Shown here one piece after another: positions 27,201 to 32,569 of a stretch of 32,569 nucleotides of DNA; within the stretch, counting starts at the first letter, position 1; each line of letters starts with the position of its first letter. Where the stretch lies: the IMG/VR virus record IMGVR_UViG_3300032884_000029, positions 1 to 32,569 of that record. One strand, given 5' to 3'. Under the pieces are notes generated by a model. That model ran no database searches. It was not told the DNA's origin and worked only from the letters and a program-made list of their open reading frames with translations. The DNA comes from a virus. Lineage: Duplodnaviria > Caudoviricetes. The translations under genes were made by a program, and so were the position numbers.

Positions 27201-27790
27201 CTGGTCCCAATGCATACAAGGCTTGGGATCAAACGCCAGAGGTGTATATGGACATTGCCGACTGGGCTAACCGCATGTCGGGCGGAGACAAGTTCAAGTC
27301 TGGCACGTTTGATTTCAGCCCCAACCAGTTGCAGTATCTGGTCGGCTACTACTTCAGCGGAACTGGGAGAATCGTGGACAAAGTGGTTGGGATGTATCAA
27401 AAGGAAACACCCATTGAACCTCGCGATATACCAATTGTCCGCTCGTTTGTAGGAAACCACAGCAACGACAACCGCCGTCTGTCGCAGCAGTACTACGAGA
27501 TTTCCAAAGAGACTGATTCGGAAATGCTCAGGCTGCGGGTCCTCAAGTCAAAGGAAACAACGGCAGCAGAGAAGTTGGAAGCCAAGTCTGGTCAGAATCT
27601 GGGTATGGCCAAACTGGGAGTCGAGATTGGCAAGATCGACAAGATCCTCAAGAACATGAAAGAGATCAAGTCGTCGCCAAATGCAACCCCTGCTCAGTTG
27701 TACGCAATTGAACAAGCGCGGACGAGGCTCATGAATCGCGCAATAAAGATGAAGAACCAGTTGACAGACGAGGAGAACGGAGTACGCTAG
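18206..27790 (+). CDS. Giant polyvalent internal virion/ejection protein (zincin, HhH-glycosylase-like, GNAT-like and LPD38-type domains)
   Basis: 3194 aa uninterrupted. EGxxEE/GAxxGG membrane region, HEITH at 20846-20860, GQK...TIDIWESR...LQAIRW, DEAQSD/GMRVFYD module, and C-terminal NPAF..NLFRD, ITVDF, ELATNTDWQNKPI and SPNQLQYL (LPD38-type). Confidence 0.82.
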   Translation: MNDSKSRTFARELSKKLQPFKANPKWLEQSSSGDLFRQSSVASATDDILNEFDDAAYMQLAKLPIEGSIQAVAPKDQEQGLIRTEVAGSTASHRYESTNPMVNQFVAARRLNYQNGKPSPKWDDFSKNYRGTAMTMVQGLISTATTGFEGIMGGMASGILETEKAVGDDEFEWKDYLPNSTFFPKADKYSPSGNYLASSEKGQQEIALAKSDPNMAKQFEENRIELRTLAGQQAAKAAKENARSVTNFLTFGFASDLAGPDPNNPSLINERLGRGSSPALVKTAEMLGSAIGTLPVVVPGMLLGRADLAVASTIPFYWSGYNQSWDNRYNVWKQQRQFAEENGIDMPLPPSMSDMESAATMQGLIEVGSEGTGNLLTLGVLKAPSVGNFVRSKLGMTPKIKPAIIEPTLSELERQFARPRGWKKAVNTAEKIVVAGLIEGPLEEGVPQVGQVILDKFYTPREYQSSFFTAETAEQMTVGAMAGGMFAGYSEASTGLKARSAEAKLADAIEKNDMTSIVSGELIKAQQEAKIEMLSPKAPVGKEGKTRFSISTNATSARGSSMAMAQLDDIAAGKRSALFVEPNDVAETLTTGVKARMDALQMTLNPIAMVGGKLVFTSKAKVQEVLGMIQNDDAEGLTGHPVMWTQESGLAVGAFVFRDSKNDIADVVVYSDSEQAKTQVSMMEHRAGLSGQTVSVVEGEELASISSTVQKQVNMDSLANGMPTQARRGPSKKQKIRGRISVTMAVEDDAALSKQSKVDDQGYVHEHDPEAPFSSPYLSVQEVGGAKNSDVTVKANISEVPDAKLSEGERKLKAAVTSPIILEGDVTFTIKNKDGSKRVIRKPTRQNGMFSEQATPDGLFLFRDNKGTAFTARNAWAIALHEITHGIGRSTKAGAEFISKLVHLDPVFAMSGGARYMSTLGGDPRTRGMSEPQVISYYAGLWRAATAILADEKSTRVQKEDAREGLARVRSFAEESTATVHDVPSDNVTARAIEWETSTKNSHNRSWKNFADWLSAVLVNHNYSGKEAKQAVFTIKQIMEGASASEMKVHSDFSKKVESNYLNSMARYGRAVTAAGGPEAKPAAATAQTSNAAAPLPSLRPTATEGVGTFINADADQRKRSAPKSDAMSSLKPRGRGPIEDAKAEVARLGRESISDSNTFFKQRWATLLAGTGKQLALDPKNFNKAAKLAIKDIAVFLRDNPKFSDYYRKDWEVSRSILSDYIQRPITEDEMLFFRVFAGLNSPNTKLPSNMGDAVNFLLHWIKAGSFSQIRLGPKPGTGTIIVERSPFPISGTTANIKSRSVKAVEKLVRELGSVKAAVEHLQEEVPVKELHAFKKSMGYKGGVGGIGNIKTLVMEATGQDTNIPRMFIFGQKVGAYTLNAVGDGRYTTIDIWESRFIRSYFEKMFENNTGLPVGMAEHDVFTEFNKIFKQEFEKQSGTVLEASALQAIRWFYIIDSAMKAGYNKATTNETISFYTERALKRKHGYVPSKSDNGGGRQSDADRAAAGVSPKPQYAEGKFGKRAPGYGGSLARLRDKKFLTMAKRGTLASLRETLDDPSSGLTPTQVTFFSALGRGIDAISTDDKFKATPDKWRQYIGKMVKDGKIKQTEVEWSGVLDYIKMVENEALYRFSQEVRDFDGIIGDGPKLDDQVTKENILLVLNQSAVAKILVLRQGYIPPDITSEQTDPSSPQYQFTNTGNRGDYGPTSRYEGLSTPNTEDYVEEILKFEEPTGVAQDEFNWRSPHWRWQGVIAHVRRVTRMLGAIKEMLVDEAQSDQGQAVNKVVDGKRVGMLDRINTFPQREEHLSRLAMYARNDAAEWADLAVLNEANEYFDYTADRLLWAYYSPNWLRDHYSANQGLPNHSWLESGQRMDLEEKFFRGYIAPLTVEDPENPGVMTSNEALYERQFKAVREEGKANEKKLPAAPFFEDTSAWLNLLIRHTIMRAVNEGFDQIAIIDGEAAVQRYRDALTEAVGLVVIKPNTEFDGFYDFEVYSEVADRTPVATKSKVKEIDIATYFGEDAAKQLVEEAKKFKAPVEDPQINEEELTVGQRFQRDRKRRGAQVKGADIRFGGHGMRVFYDQHYPAALAKQIRMLGGTGLETRVEELTQDEKDLNEAINQDGPLRNLIRRQFSINDPDFWIHSTNLTDDGSNFGVHRGLAIGGTSSATPQERNYTAANYDPLSAVRTAIQDGKRVILAVATKQYELYWTSQNRWDSKDSRTVICSTEAQLDALITALAEQSASNRPYGPVQARYNPDDNPDLAPIFTYLPIVAWARLDQQGWGKPTKNTPVKFVKVNDAVRKNVRRLGGLSMFSMRIGPAGVRDAAVQQIFDKFDPLLQYARTAAPRHPGGNLPDTHNPYLGARLLDSLNGGMMLAARRRNSALLRSMANNGIELEVMDQFLLAQHAESRNAVIAARHPGDPAWADGGSGMTNQDAADLLNDAAMTGALPQLQAHADQWRAILTEAMDNRQAEGLITGDYRRRLDAMWKNYVPLRGQPVEPFDELFENYDNMIGKSLSTESLGLPSATGRRSVAEGITSQIAFVEEDTIRRINRNQIGRAFLNLVLDTNDIGMAQVITPNPTVTRLVNGVARVMHDNRWMLEDRNFGLYTNQDMTINGHDYQIGDQIVIQINNPRLLTALKQPGVDIGWFGRAIQTVGNAWRFMTTGMGNPAFAPVNLFRDVGMGLITNYSQRGVRDTLGMLGNYAGSFANVWVDNYLNRGPTGHNADWVAAGGDQIRSSKQDLREKSEEFDRLYAIAARRDPNAQSVLRMAGGWYPAFFEASEKATRLATFRQRIEAGDTAPQAALASRDITVDFEKGGIVKPILNNSYMFMNAGLQGTANVRRAVFETLTLAPTLFAFGFIMSTLARFMSGRDEEKDQWNYDSLSDYEKSAFMHFYSPSGSGRYIALPMAYGYNVFTSMGARVSDVVFGRGKAGDLASGMISDAMNSFLPFGGSGIREGVTPFANSMAPTMVRPVAELATNTDWQNKPIYPKGMGNTGPNAYKAWDQTPEVYMDIADWANRMSGGDKFKSGTFDFSPNQLQYLVGYYFSGTGRIVDKVVGMYQKETPIEPRDIPIVRSFVGNHSNDNRRLSQQYYEISKETDSEMLRLRVLKSKETTAAEKLEAKSGQNLGMAKLGVEIGKIDKILKNMKEIKSSPNATPAQLYAIEQARTRLMNRAIKMKNQLTDEENGVR

Positions 27791-27808
27791 TAGTATCTTT
27801 TCCCCAAG

Positions 27809-27845
27809 CGCCGCCCTGTCGCTACCGCGATGGGGCGGCGTTTTT
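27809..27845 (+). terminator. Intrinsic terminator ending the late operon
   Basis: CGCCGCCCTGTCGC-TACC-GCGATGGGGCGGCG (14 bp including two G-U pairs) followed by TTTTT; overlaps the 3' end of the converging rusA. Confidence 0.85.
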
Positions 27846-28283
27846 GTTGAAACTCAGCCACGCCGCGTTGTGGTCAACGGAAATTTCCGTTGAGAGCATG
27901 TCGAGCCGTTCGACCATGTCGGTTTCCTGTTCGCGCTCACAGGCGCACAAGATGATTCCGTTGGTCCATTCCTTCGAGTAGGCAAAGGATCGAATTGAGA
28001 TCCCCAGGATGGCGGAATCGTCCTCCCACCAGCCCGCATCGGTCAGCCCGTCCAAAGCCGCCTTGAGGCTCGCTAGGACATTGTCTAGATCGCGGCGCCT
28101 CCTAGTGGTTGAGACTGGAAGAATGCCTAGGACGGGACGCTGGAGGCATAGGCGTTGATGCTGCCCAGCAATCAGGCGCGTGGATGCGCGATAGTCCTTG
28201 GTCAGACGGTGTTTCGTCATGTGGTGGACTCTGGCGTTGGGGCCAAGCAATTTGCTAGGGAACGGCAGCATGATCGAATTCAC
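27822..28283 (-). CDS. rusA: RusA-family Holliday junction resolvase
   Basis: LPFP...N start, RRDLDN...KAALDGL..AG..EDD catalytic pattern; GTGA coupling to the upstream gene. Confidence 0.85.
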   Translation of the reverse strand: MNSIMLPFPSKLLGPNARVHHMTKHRLTKDYRASTRLIAGQHQRLCLQRPVLGILPVSTTRRRRDLDNVLASLKAALDGLTDAGWWEDDSAILGISIRSFAYSKEWTNGIILCACEREQETDMVERLDMLSTEISVDHNAAWLSFNKNAAPSR

Positions 28284-28849
28284 TTAGCGGCCTTGCTGAG
28301 TCGGTGTCGTGCGATGAACGCTTTGTTCGCGGCAGCGGTTTCGGTCGCAGGATCGGGGACATCCATGCGCGGCAAGCCACCCGCTTGCGGAGGTGGCGAT
28401 GCCTCGCGCGCGGTGGTCGTGGTAACCACACTTGACTCTCTTATATGGTTGTGGTTGTGGCATGTCATCGGTTTGCTATAGGCTGAGCCATTGGCTGAGC
28501 CATCCGCAGAACCTCGTTTCCAGCGCGTGGTGGCACCTTTTCGTCCAGATTCTGATCTTTCTTCGTGCTTAACCCAGCGACGAAATCGTTCAGATTCTAA
28601 TCGCGTTTGCGATAGACCTTCGGTTCCATCGTCCCGTTTGCAGGGACTAAATCGAGATGCGATCCGCTTCCAAACCCTGGCCTTGGTTCCTGCTATTCGG
28701 CAGATAACCCTTTCTTCCATCGGTAGCGGGCCTCGCGTCCAGATGTGGCACAACAGACGGATGTAGGCGCCCAGTTCCTCAGCGCTCATATCCGATGTCG
28801 ATCCAATCAGGTCGTCACAGTAAAGCGGCATCCAAGGGGTTCTTTTCAT
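28280..28849 (-). CDS. DUF1376/YdaU-family replication initiator
   Basis: Start reassigned to ATG 28849 (GGAGG SD). PWMPLYCDDLIGST..MSAEELGAYIRLL..W...LP, RLE.E, SGRKGA..RW. Confidence 0.82.
   Translation of the reverse strand: MKRTPWMPLYCDDLIGSTSDMSAEELGAYIRLLCHIWTRGPLPMEERVICRIAGTKARVWKRIASRFSPCKRDDGTEGLSQTRLESERFRRWVKHEERSESGRKGATTRWKRGSADGSANGSAYSKPMTCHNHNHIRESSVVTTTTAREASPPPQAGGLPRMDVPDPATETAAANKAFIARHRLSKAAK
28446..28513. repeat. Iteron-like repeats inside the replication gene (candidate origin)
   Basis: GGCTGAGCCAT at 28481 and 28493 (12-nt period, palindromic core GGCTnAGCC), a degenerate third copy, and TGGTTG repeats at 28446-28460. Confidence 0.45.
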
Positions 28850-29123
28850 ATCCCAACCTCCCATAAACCAGTTTCAGCCACGCATAGCGCTCATCCCATC
28901 GCATGGCGAACCAGTCGTCCTTTTGGTTTTTCACGCAGGTGTGCGATAGGCCAATGATGTCACCGATTTCAGCATTCGACGGAGCGACAATCGGTATTTC
29001 AAACGCGCAACCCGCAATCACAGCGTCACGGTGGCGCTTAGCGAATGGTCGGTCCCACTGCGGCTCAGGCCGTGGCATCAGTTCGTTTGCAACATCGATT
29101 ACAGATCGTGCAGAATGGTTCAC
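28815..29123 (-). CDS. HTH protein with DnaA C-terminal-like motif
   Basis: Start reassigned to GTG 29123 (GAGGAG SD, GTGA overlap). PSNAEIGDIIGLSHTCV resembles the SxxEIG...DHTTV motif. Confidence 0.55.
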   Translation of the reverse strand: MNHSARSVIDVANELMPRPEPQWDRPFAKRHRDAVIAGCAFEIPIVAPSNAEIGDIIGLSHTCVKNQKDDWFAMRWDERYAWLKLVYGRLGYEKNPLDAALL

Positions 29124-29308
29124 ACCGTCTCCTCGTAGCAATCCCACCCGCGATCCTCCGCCGTCCTTCTTGGATCGTCAAACGACATGGCGCACACCTC
29201 ACGTCGCGCCTCGTCGCGCTCGCGCCGCGCCTCGTCACGCTCCTTGATTATTGTTTCGGTGACCTCTAATAACTCGCCCAAACGGCGCATATAGTCGTGA
29301 ACATTCAT
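29120..29308 (-). CDS. Small hypothetical protein with a tandem ERDEARR repeat
   Basis: 62 aa, GAGGAG SD, ATGA coupling. Confidence 0.7.
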   Translation of the reverse strand: MNVHDYMRRLGELLEVTETIIKERDEARRERDEARREVCAMSFDDPRRTAEDRGWDCYEETV

Positions 29309-29661
29309 GGTGTCTCCTCCTCGTCCGTCTTTTCAAGCAGATGGCAAATGCGAACATAGTCGCTCCATGTTTTACAGGCATCGCATTTGTCGCAATAAGG
29401 GTCGTACTTAAACTCGCATCCGTGCGGAGGGGTCGGTTGGTGGCTGGGATGCGAAGGCCGACCGTGATGCACGAACTCTTCAACAACCTTTCGCAAAACA
29501 CGCCGCGCCTTGTCGCGCTCGCGCCGCACTTCCACAATTTCAACGAGGCAGCGAGTGTCATGTTCGCAGCCGCCGCAACATCGTGTAGCGGGTACTGCTC
29601 CTAGGCATCGACATTGATCAATGCGTTGACGGAGGATCGTCACGATGTCAGGATTCGTCAT
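29305..29661 (-). CDS. Cys-rich hypothetical protein (putative zinc-binding)
   Basis: Start reassigned to ATG 29661 (GAGGAGG SD). 118 aa with CRC, CCGGC, CDKCDAC and an ERDKARR segment. Confidence 0.65.
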   Translation of the reverse strand: MTNPDIVTILRQRIDQCRCLGAVPATRCCGGCEHDTRCLVEIVEVRRERDKARRVLRKVVEEFVHHGRPSHPSHQPTPPHGCEFKYDPYCDKCDACKTWSDYVRICHLLEKTDEEETP

Positions 29662-29770
29662 GCTTGTCCTCCTCAATGGTGACGATGGGCGCGAGCGCGC
29701 GGTACAGCGCGTACAGACACGCGCCAAGCGTACACGCCGAAGCGATTGCGCTCAGGATGTCGATGGTCAT
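29648..29770 (-). CDS. 40-aa single-pass membrane peptide (MTIDILSAIASACTLGACLYALYRALAPIVTIEEDKHDES)
   Basis: Translated by hand. ATGA overlap with the upstream stop; fills the gap between two genes. Confidence 0.6.
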   Translation of the reverse strand: MTIDILSAIASACTLGACLYALYRALAPIVTIEEDKHDES

Positions 29771-30153
29771 TTAACACCATCCAACACATCGCGCGCGAAG
29801 TCCGCGCAGTACGGCTCGTCTTTGAAGTTTGAGATTTCACGAAGCGCAGCCCGTAGCCGTTCCATTTCGTTCCTGGGAATCTTGGGCGCTTTTCGCTTAG
29901 GCGCCAGAGGAAGGAAGGTCATGATGAAAGGCGTGTTTTGCCCGACATATGCGTTGACGATGTTGAAGTTCATGTATTCAATCGCGTCATCTTCCTCCAT
30001 ATCCTTGCGTAGTTCCTTCAGGATTCCTTCCCTATCGTAGACGCAACAGACGCTACCGCATCGCTCAACTACTCCGATGATCGCGTTGTCCAAGCCTTCC
30101 CAAAGGATGACTTCATCAGCGATTTCAAGGATTGCTTTTCGTCTCCAGTTCAT
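29767..30153 (-). CDS. Conserved phage hypothetical protein
   Basis: Start reassigned to ATG 30153 (GAGG SD). GLDNAIIG...VYD...DAIEYMNFNI..AYVG..TP pattern, which I recognise from aquatic phages. Confidence 0.7.
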   Translation of the reverse strand: MNWRRKAILEIADEVILWEGLDNAIIGVVERCGSVCCVYDREGILKELRKDMEEDDAIEYMNFNIVNAYVGQNTPFIMTFLPLAPKRKAPKIPRNEMERLRAALREISNFKDEPYCADFARDVLDGVK

Positions 30154-30154
30154 G

Positions 30155-30322
30155 TCATTCCTCGTTTTGAAATTCTTCAGCCCACAGAGATTCGATCTCT
30201 GTTGCGATGATCGAAGCCATCGACTCGTCAAGTTTATCTGACAACTGAGTGAGCATTTCATGGTGTCGCGGAGTCAGTGCTACAGCATGTGTTTTACGGG
30301 AATTATTTTTCGTCGATGTCAT
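30155..30322 (-). CDS. Ribbon-helix-helix protein, 55 aa (MTSTKNNSRKTHAVALTPRHHEMLTQLSDKLDESMASIIATEIESLWAEEFQNEE)
   Basis: Translated by hand. GAGGA upstream; strand KTHAVAL plus two helices; stops 1 nt before the next ATG. Confidence 0.6.
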   Translation of the reverse strand: MTSTKNNSRKTHAVALTPRHHEMLTQLSDKLDESMASIIATEIESLWAEEFQNEE

Positions 30323-30437
30323 CGTATCCGTCCTCGCCTTTTTGAATGATGATGGGTGCCAGTGTGCAAATCAGCATGAAAATCGCCACGCTGAATATGA
30401 ACCCGAAAATGCAGATTTGCGTAACGATCTCAGCCAT
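30303..30437 (-). CDS. 44-aa single-pass membrane peptide (MAEIVTQICIFGFIFSVAIFMLICTLAPIIIQKGEDGYDDIDEK)
   Basis: Translated by hand. AAGGG SD; overlaps the upstream stop; clear TM segment and acidic tail. Confidence 0.65.
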   Translation of the reverse strand: MAEIVTQICIFGFIFSVAIFMLICTLAPIIIQKGEDGYDDIDEK

Positions 30438-30855
30438 AGTTTTTCCCTTCAAGCAAGTCGATCAATCGTTGTGGATCCAGTGTCCCAGCCCTGATCGCTC
30501 CAATGGTGAACTGGATTCGCGCTGCTAGTTCTGCGCGTGTAGGTTTGTCGGCGATTGGTACTGGTCGGTCTGAATATTGAAACCACACGACAGCATCGCG
30601 ACCTGCTCGCGTTTTTCGTGTGCAACCAAGGTCACGGATATGTCCTGTCCGCATCAGTTTGTTGATGGCTGCGCTAGCAGTCGAGTGCGACATTCCCATC
30701 GCCATGATCTCGTCACAGGTCAGCGGCCCCATATCTTGGATGGTTTTGAAGATCTTCGTCGCAGCGCCTTTCGGCGCTGCGACGAATGCGTCATCCGATG
30801 TTCTCCACCGTGTTGACAACCGTTCAGTTGCCCGCATTCGGTTGGTTGCTTTCAT
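30430..30855 (-). CDS. Winged-helix DNA-binding protein
   Basis: Start reassigned to ATG 30855 (ATGA overlap with the annealase). GPLTCDEI...SHSTASAAINKL...G.I...RKTRAGR.A.VW. Confidence 0.72.
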   Translation of the reverse strand: MKATNRMRATERLSTRWRTSDDAFVAAPKGAATKIFKTIQDMGPLTCDEIMAMGMSHSTASAAINKLMRTGHIRDLGCTRKTRAGRDAVVWFQYSDRPVPIADKPTRAELAARIQFTIGAIRAGTLDPQRLIDLLEGKNYG

Positions 30856-31655
30856 TGGATGTTGTCCGTTCCAATGATCAAGCGCTTGGCGCCAACCTTG
30901 CGCCATTCGATTTCGATTGGTCGCTTGGCAAGCATTGCGGCATTGAGTTCGCCAACCAGATAGTCGTCGCTACAGGCGTAGATGGCGCCATCCTCGCAGG
31001 TGACTTTCCACACCGTCCCACTGGAATTGGTGTGTTCCTCGATAGACCTGACTTGCACCTGCTCGAAGGTCTGATTGCTAGCGGTTGCCGTTGGCGCATC
31101 CTGCTTCTCAGGCTTGGCAATCGCAATCGCTTTCGTCTGAATGATCGCGTCCGACAGTCGCGGCTGCGCGGGTGTTGGAAACACCACCTGCGCTTCAGGG
31201 ATTGATCCGATTTCGCTTTCGTCCAGAATCCCCAGCCCGCACAGGCTGAGAGTGACGCGGCGCCGCGCCTTGGTTTCGGCCTTCATCAGCGCGTTCGCCT
31301 TGGCCTCTCCGCGCAATCCTGCGATGGATACGGCGCCGATGCTGCTATCGGTGCGGCCTGTCTTGTCGGCGGCCTCAGCCGTGACAACCATCAGGTCATC
31401 CATGACTGCGCGTTCCACGATTCGGATCGACACCGAATGGAGTTTGCGCAACTGGTCGGTGCAGTCCTTTTTTGCGTAGAGTTGCATTTTCCCATTGAGC
31501 GTGAGGTAATCGAACGGGCGCGTCAAGTGGTTCAGCCCAAGACTCTCGCACACGCGGCGGTAGTAGATATTCCGCTGCTCTGTGCTGAGTTTGGATAGGT
31601 CGCCACTGACGATGATCGATTCGATGATTTGGTGCTGCTCTTCAATCGTTGCCAT
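30852..31655 (-). CDS. ssDNA-annealing recombinase (RecT/Bet-like)
   Basis: GDLSKL...CESLGLN.L..PF...LYA and NALMKAETKARRRVTL..CGLG.LDE motifs; directly downstream of an exonuclease. Confidence 0.8.
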   Translation of the reverse strand: MATIEEQHQIIESIIVSGDLSKLSTEQRNIYYRRVCESLGLNHLTRPFDYLTLNGKMQLYAKKDCTDQLRKLHSVSIRIVERAVMDDLMVVTAEAADKTGRTDSSIGAVSIAGLRGEAKANALMKAETKARRRVTLSLCGLGILDESEIGSIPEAQVVFPTPAQPRLSDAIIQTKAIAIAKPEKQDAPTATASNQTFEQVQVRSIEEHTNSSGTVWKVTCEDGAIYACSDDYLVGELNAAMLAKRPIEIEWRKVGAKRLIIGTDNIQ

Positions 31656-32511
31656 GTGTGTTGCTTTCCTGTGAGATCCACCAGCGTGGTGGGGTTAGTT
31701 CTGTGATGGTCTGCGCGTAGCCCGTGCGGTCCCCTGCTTCGATGTCCCACCATCGACGCACTAGCGCGGGGATCTTGCGCGATGCGATTTCGATTGCCAT
31801 TTCGGGGTATGCGTATAGCGCTACCTGGTAGGGCGCCGTCTTTTCGATGGCGATGGTGACGAATTCCGCAACGGGTCTACCCATTGCTTCCTCCACCATT
31901 GCGCGATACCAAGCGGCCTGATGGAAGTACCCGAATTTTGCAGCGCTCGTCGCAAAGTCGGTCGGCGCTGCGGAAATCGTCGTTTTCAGGTCGATGACGA
32001 TCAGGCCATCAGGGCGGTCGATGATCGCATCGATTTTCGCCTTTGCGGGGCGCGCGCTCATCGTGCCGATGATAGTGATTTCGGTTGCGGTGATTGCGTC
32101 TATCAGCGCGGTTGCTGCAGGATGGCGCCGCACCGCGTCTACCATTTCACTGGCCTGTGCGAATTGTTCGTCGGTCACAATGCGCGCGCCTGAAAGCGCC
32201 GCGCGCTTCTGCAGTGTGTCGTGCGCTAATTTCCCCGCCGTTGTGCGGCGGTCGATGGCGGCGGTACGGATGAAATCCGTTTCGACCGCCTTCGGCGTGA
32301 GGATCATCGCGTGTACCAAGGCGCCGATGGCAAACGCATCGTTGTCGTCGTCCTCTTTGTTTTCGCGCTCCCAACCCGCTTGGCAGTTGGTTTGCGTCAA
32401 CAGACTTTTGGTCGTGCTGCTGCTTGGCAGGTTGATTGCAAAATAATCACGATCAGTGATTTGGTGCATACCTTTGTTGGGTATCATGTTATTCGTGTTC
32501 CTTTCCGCCAT
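31642..32511 (-). CDS. PD-(D/E)XK exonuclease (RecE/DUF3799-like)
   Basis: G..VHAMIL, KAKID...IDLKTT and GY..QAAWY motifs. The true start may be ATG 32487 (AAGGA SD). Confidence 0.85.
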   Translation of the reverse strand: MAERNTNNMIPNKGMHQITDRDYFAINLPSSSTTKSLLTQTNCQAGWERENKEDDDNDAFAIGALVHAMILTPKAVETDFIRTAAIDRRTTAGKLAHDTLQKRAALSGARIVTDEQFAQASEMVDAVRRHPAATALIDAITATEITIIGTMSARPAKAKIDAIIDRPDGLIVIDLKTTISAAPTDFATSAAKFGYFHQAAWYRAMVEEAMGRPVAEFVTIAIEKTAPYQVALYAYPEMAIEIASRKIPALVRRWWDIEAGDRTGYAQTITELTPPRWWISQESNTHGND

Positions 32512-32554
32512 CGGGCAGATCCGTCAAGGGTTTGTCCGATGGTGTTTTTGTTTT
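32508..32554 (+). terminator. Terminator-like hairpin antisense to the early operon
   Basis: CCATCGGGCAGATCC-GTCAA-GGGTTTGTCCGATGG (15 bp with three G-U pairs, complete only on +) followed by TGTTTTTGTTTT. Confidence 0.6.
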
Positions 32555-32569
32555 CCGTTTGAGTTGAAT

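Larger units (their letters stand above)
1..32569. mobile_element. Tailed dsDNA phage genome segment (podovirus-like morphogenesis module plus lambdoid-type recombination/replication module)
   Basis: Gene order terminase-portal-scaffold-capsid-adaptor-fibre-nozzle-ejection proteins on +, converging on exonuclease-annealase-DUF1376-RusA on -. Dense ATGA/GTGA coupling. No tape measure, sheath or tube gene and no host housekeeping genes. Confidence 0.95.

Noticed and set aside
18206-27790. Virion RNA polymerase (N4- or crAss-like) or intein as an explanation for the giant ORF
   Set aside because: No recognisable DxDxD or T7-type polymerase motifs and no intein or LAGLIDADG signatures; the motifs fit a polyvalent LPD38-type protein.
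186-32511. Alternative genetic code
   Set aside because: Long genes are intact and tightly packed under the standard bacterial code, and TAA, TAG and TGA are all used as stops.
28155-32562. Numerous + strand ORFs over the early region
   Set aside because: Antisense shadows of well-supported, coupled - strand genes in GC-rich sequence.

Overview
The whole window reads as part of a tailed dsDNA phage genome (or prophage) with a P22/SU10-like podovirus layout. No host genes, rRNA, tRNA, CRISPR array, integrase or polymerase are visible. The + strand (186-27790) is a late operon. It runs: large terminase; a cluster of tiny basic peptides, an HNH protein, a ribbon-helix-helix (RHH) protein and two free-standing lectin-like (ConA/LamG-type) proteins; portal, scaffold, major capsid and decoration protein; a head-tail adaptor fused to a collagen/lectin fibre; a holin/spanin cassette with no visible endolysin; an Mtd_N-type tail fibre; the nozzle; three ejection proteins; and a 3194-aa polyvalent ejection protein. 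The - strand (27822-32511) is a converging early operon: PD-(D/E)XK exonuclease, RecT/Bet-like annealase, small regulators and membrane peptides, DUF1376 replication protein and RusA. Four observations stand out. (1) The giant protein appears to carry a zincin protease, an HhH-GPD DNA glycosylase/AP-lyase-like domain with Lys and Asp 18 residues apart, and an AT-rich GNAT-like module, separated by recurring S-[LM]-[RK] linkers. (2) There are three paralogous lectin-like domains, two free and one fused to the adaptor-fibre, and they share a short DNA repeat at the domain start. (3) Six translationally coupled small ORFs are missing from the ORF track, including a 17-aa Cys/Lys metallothionein-like peptide. 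(4) An antisense-oriented terminator hairpin covers the start of the early operon. All family assignments come from recognising motifs by eye; no database searches were run.
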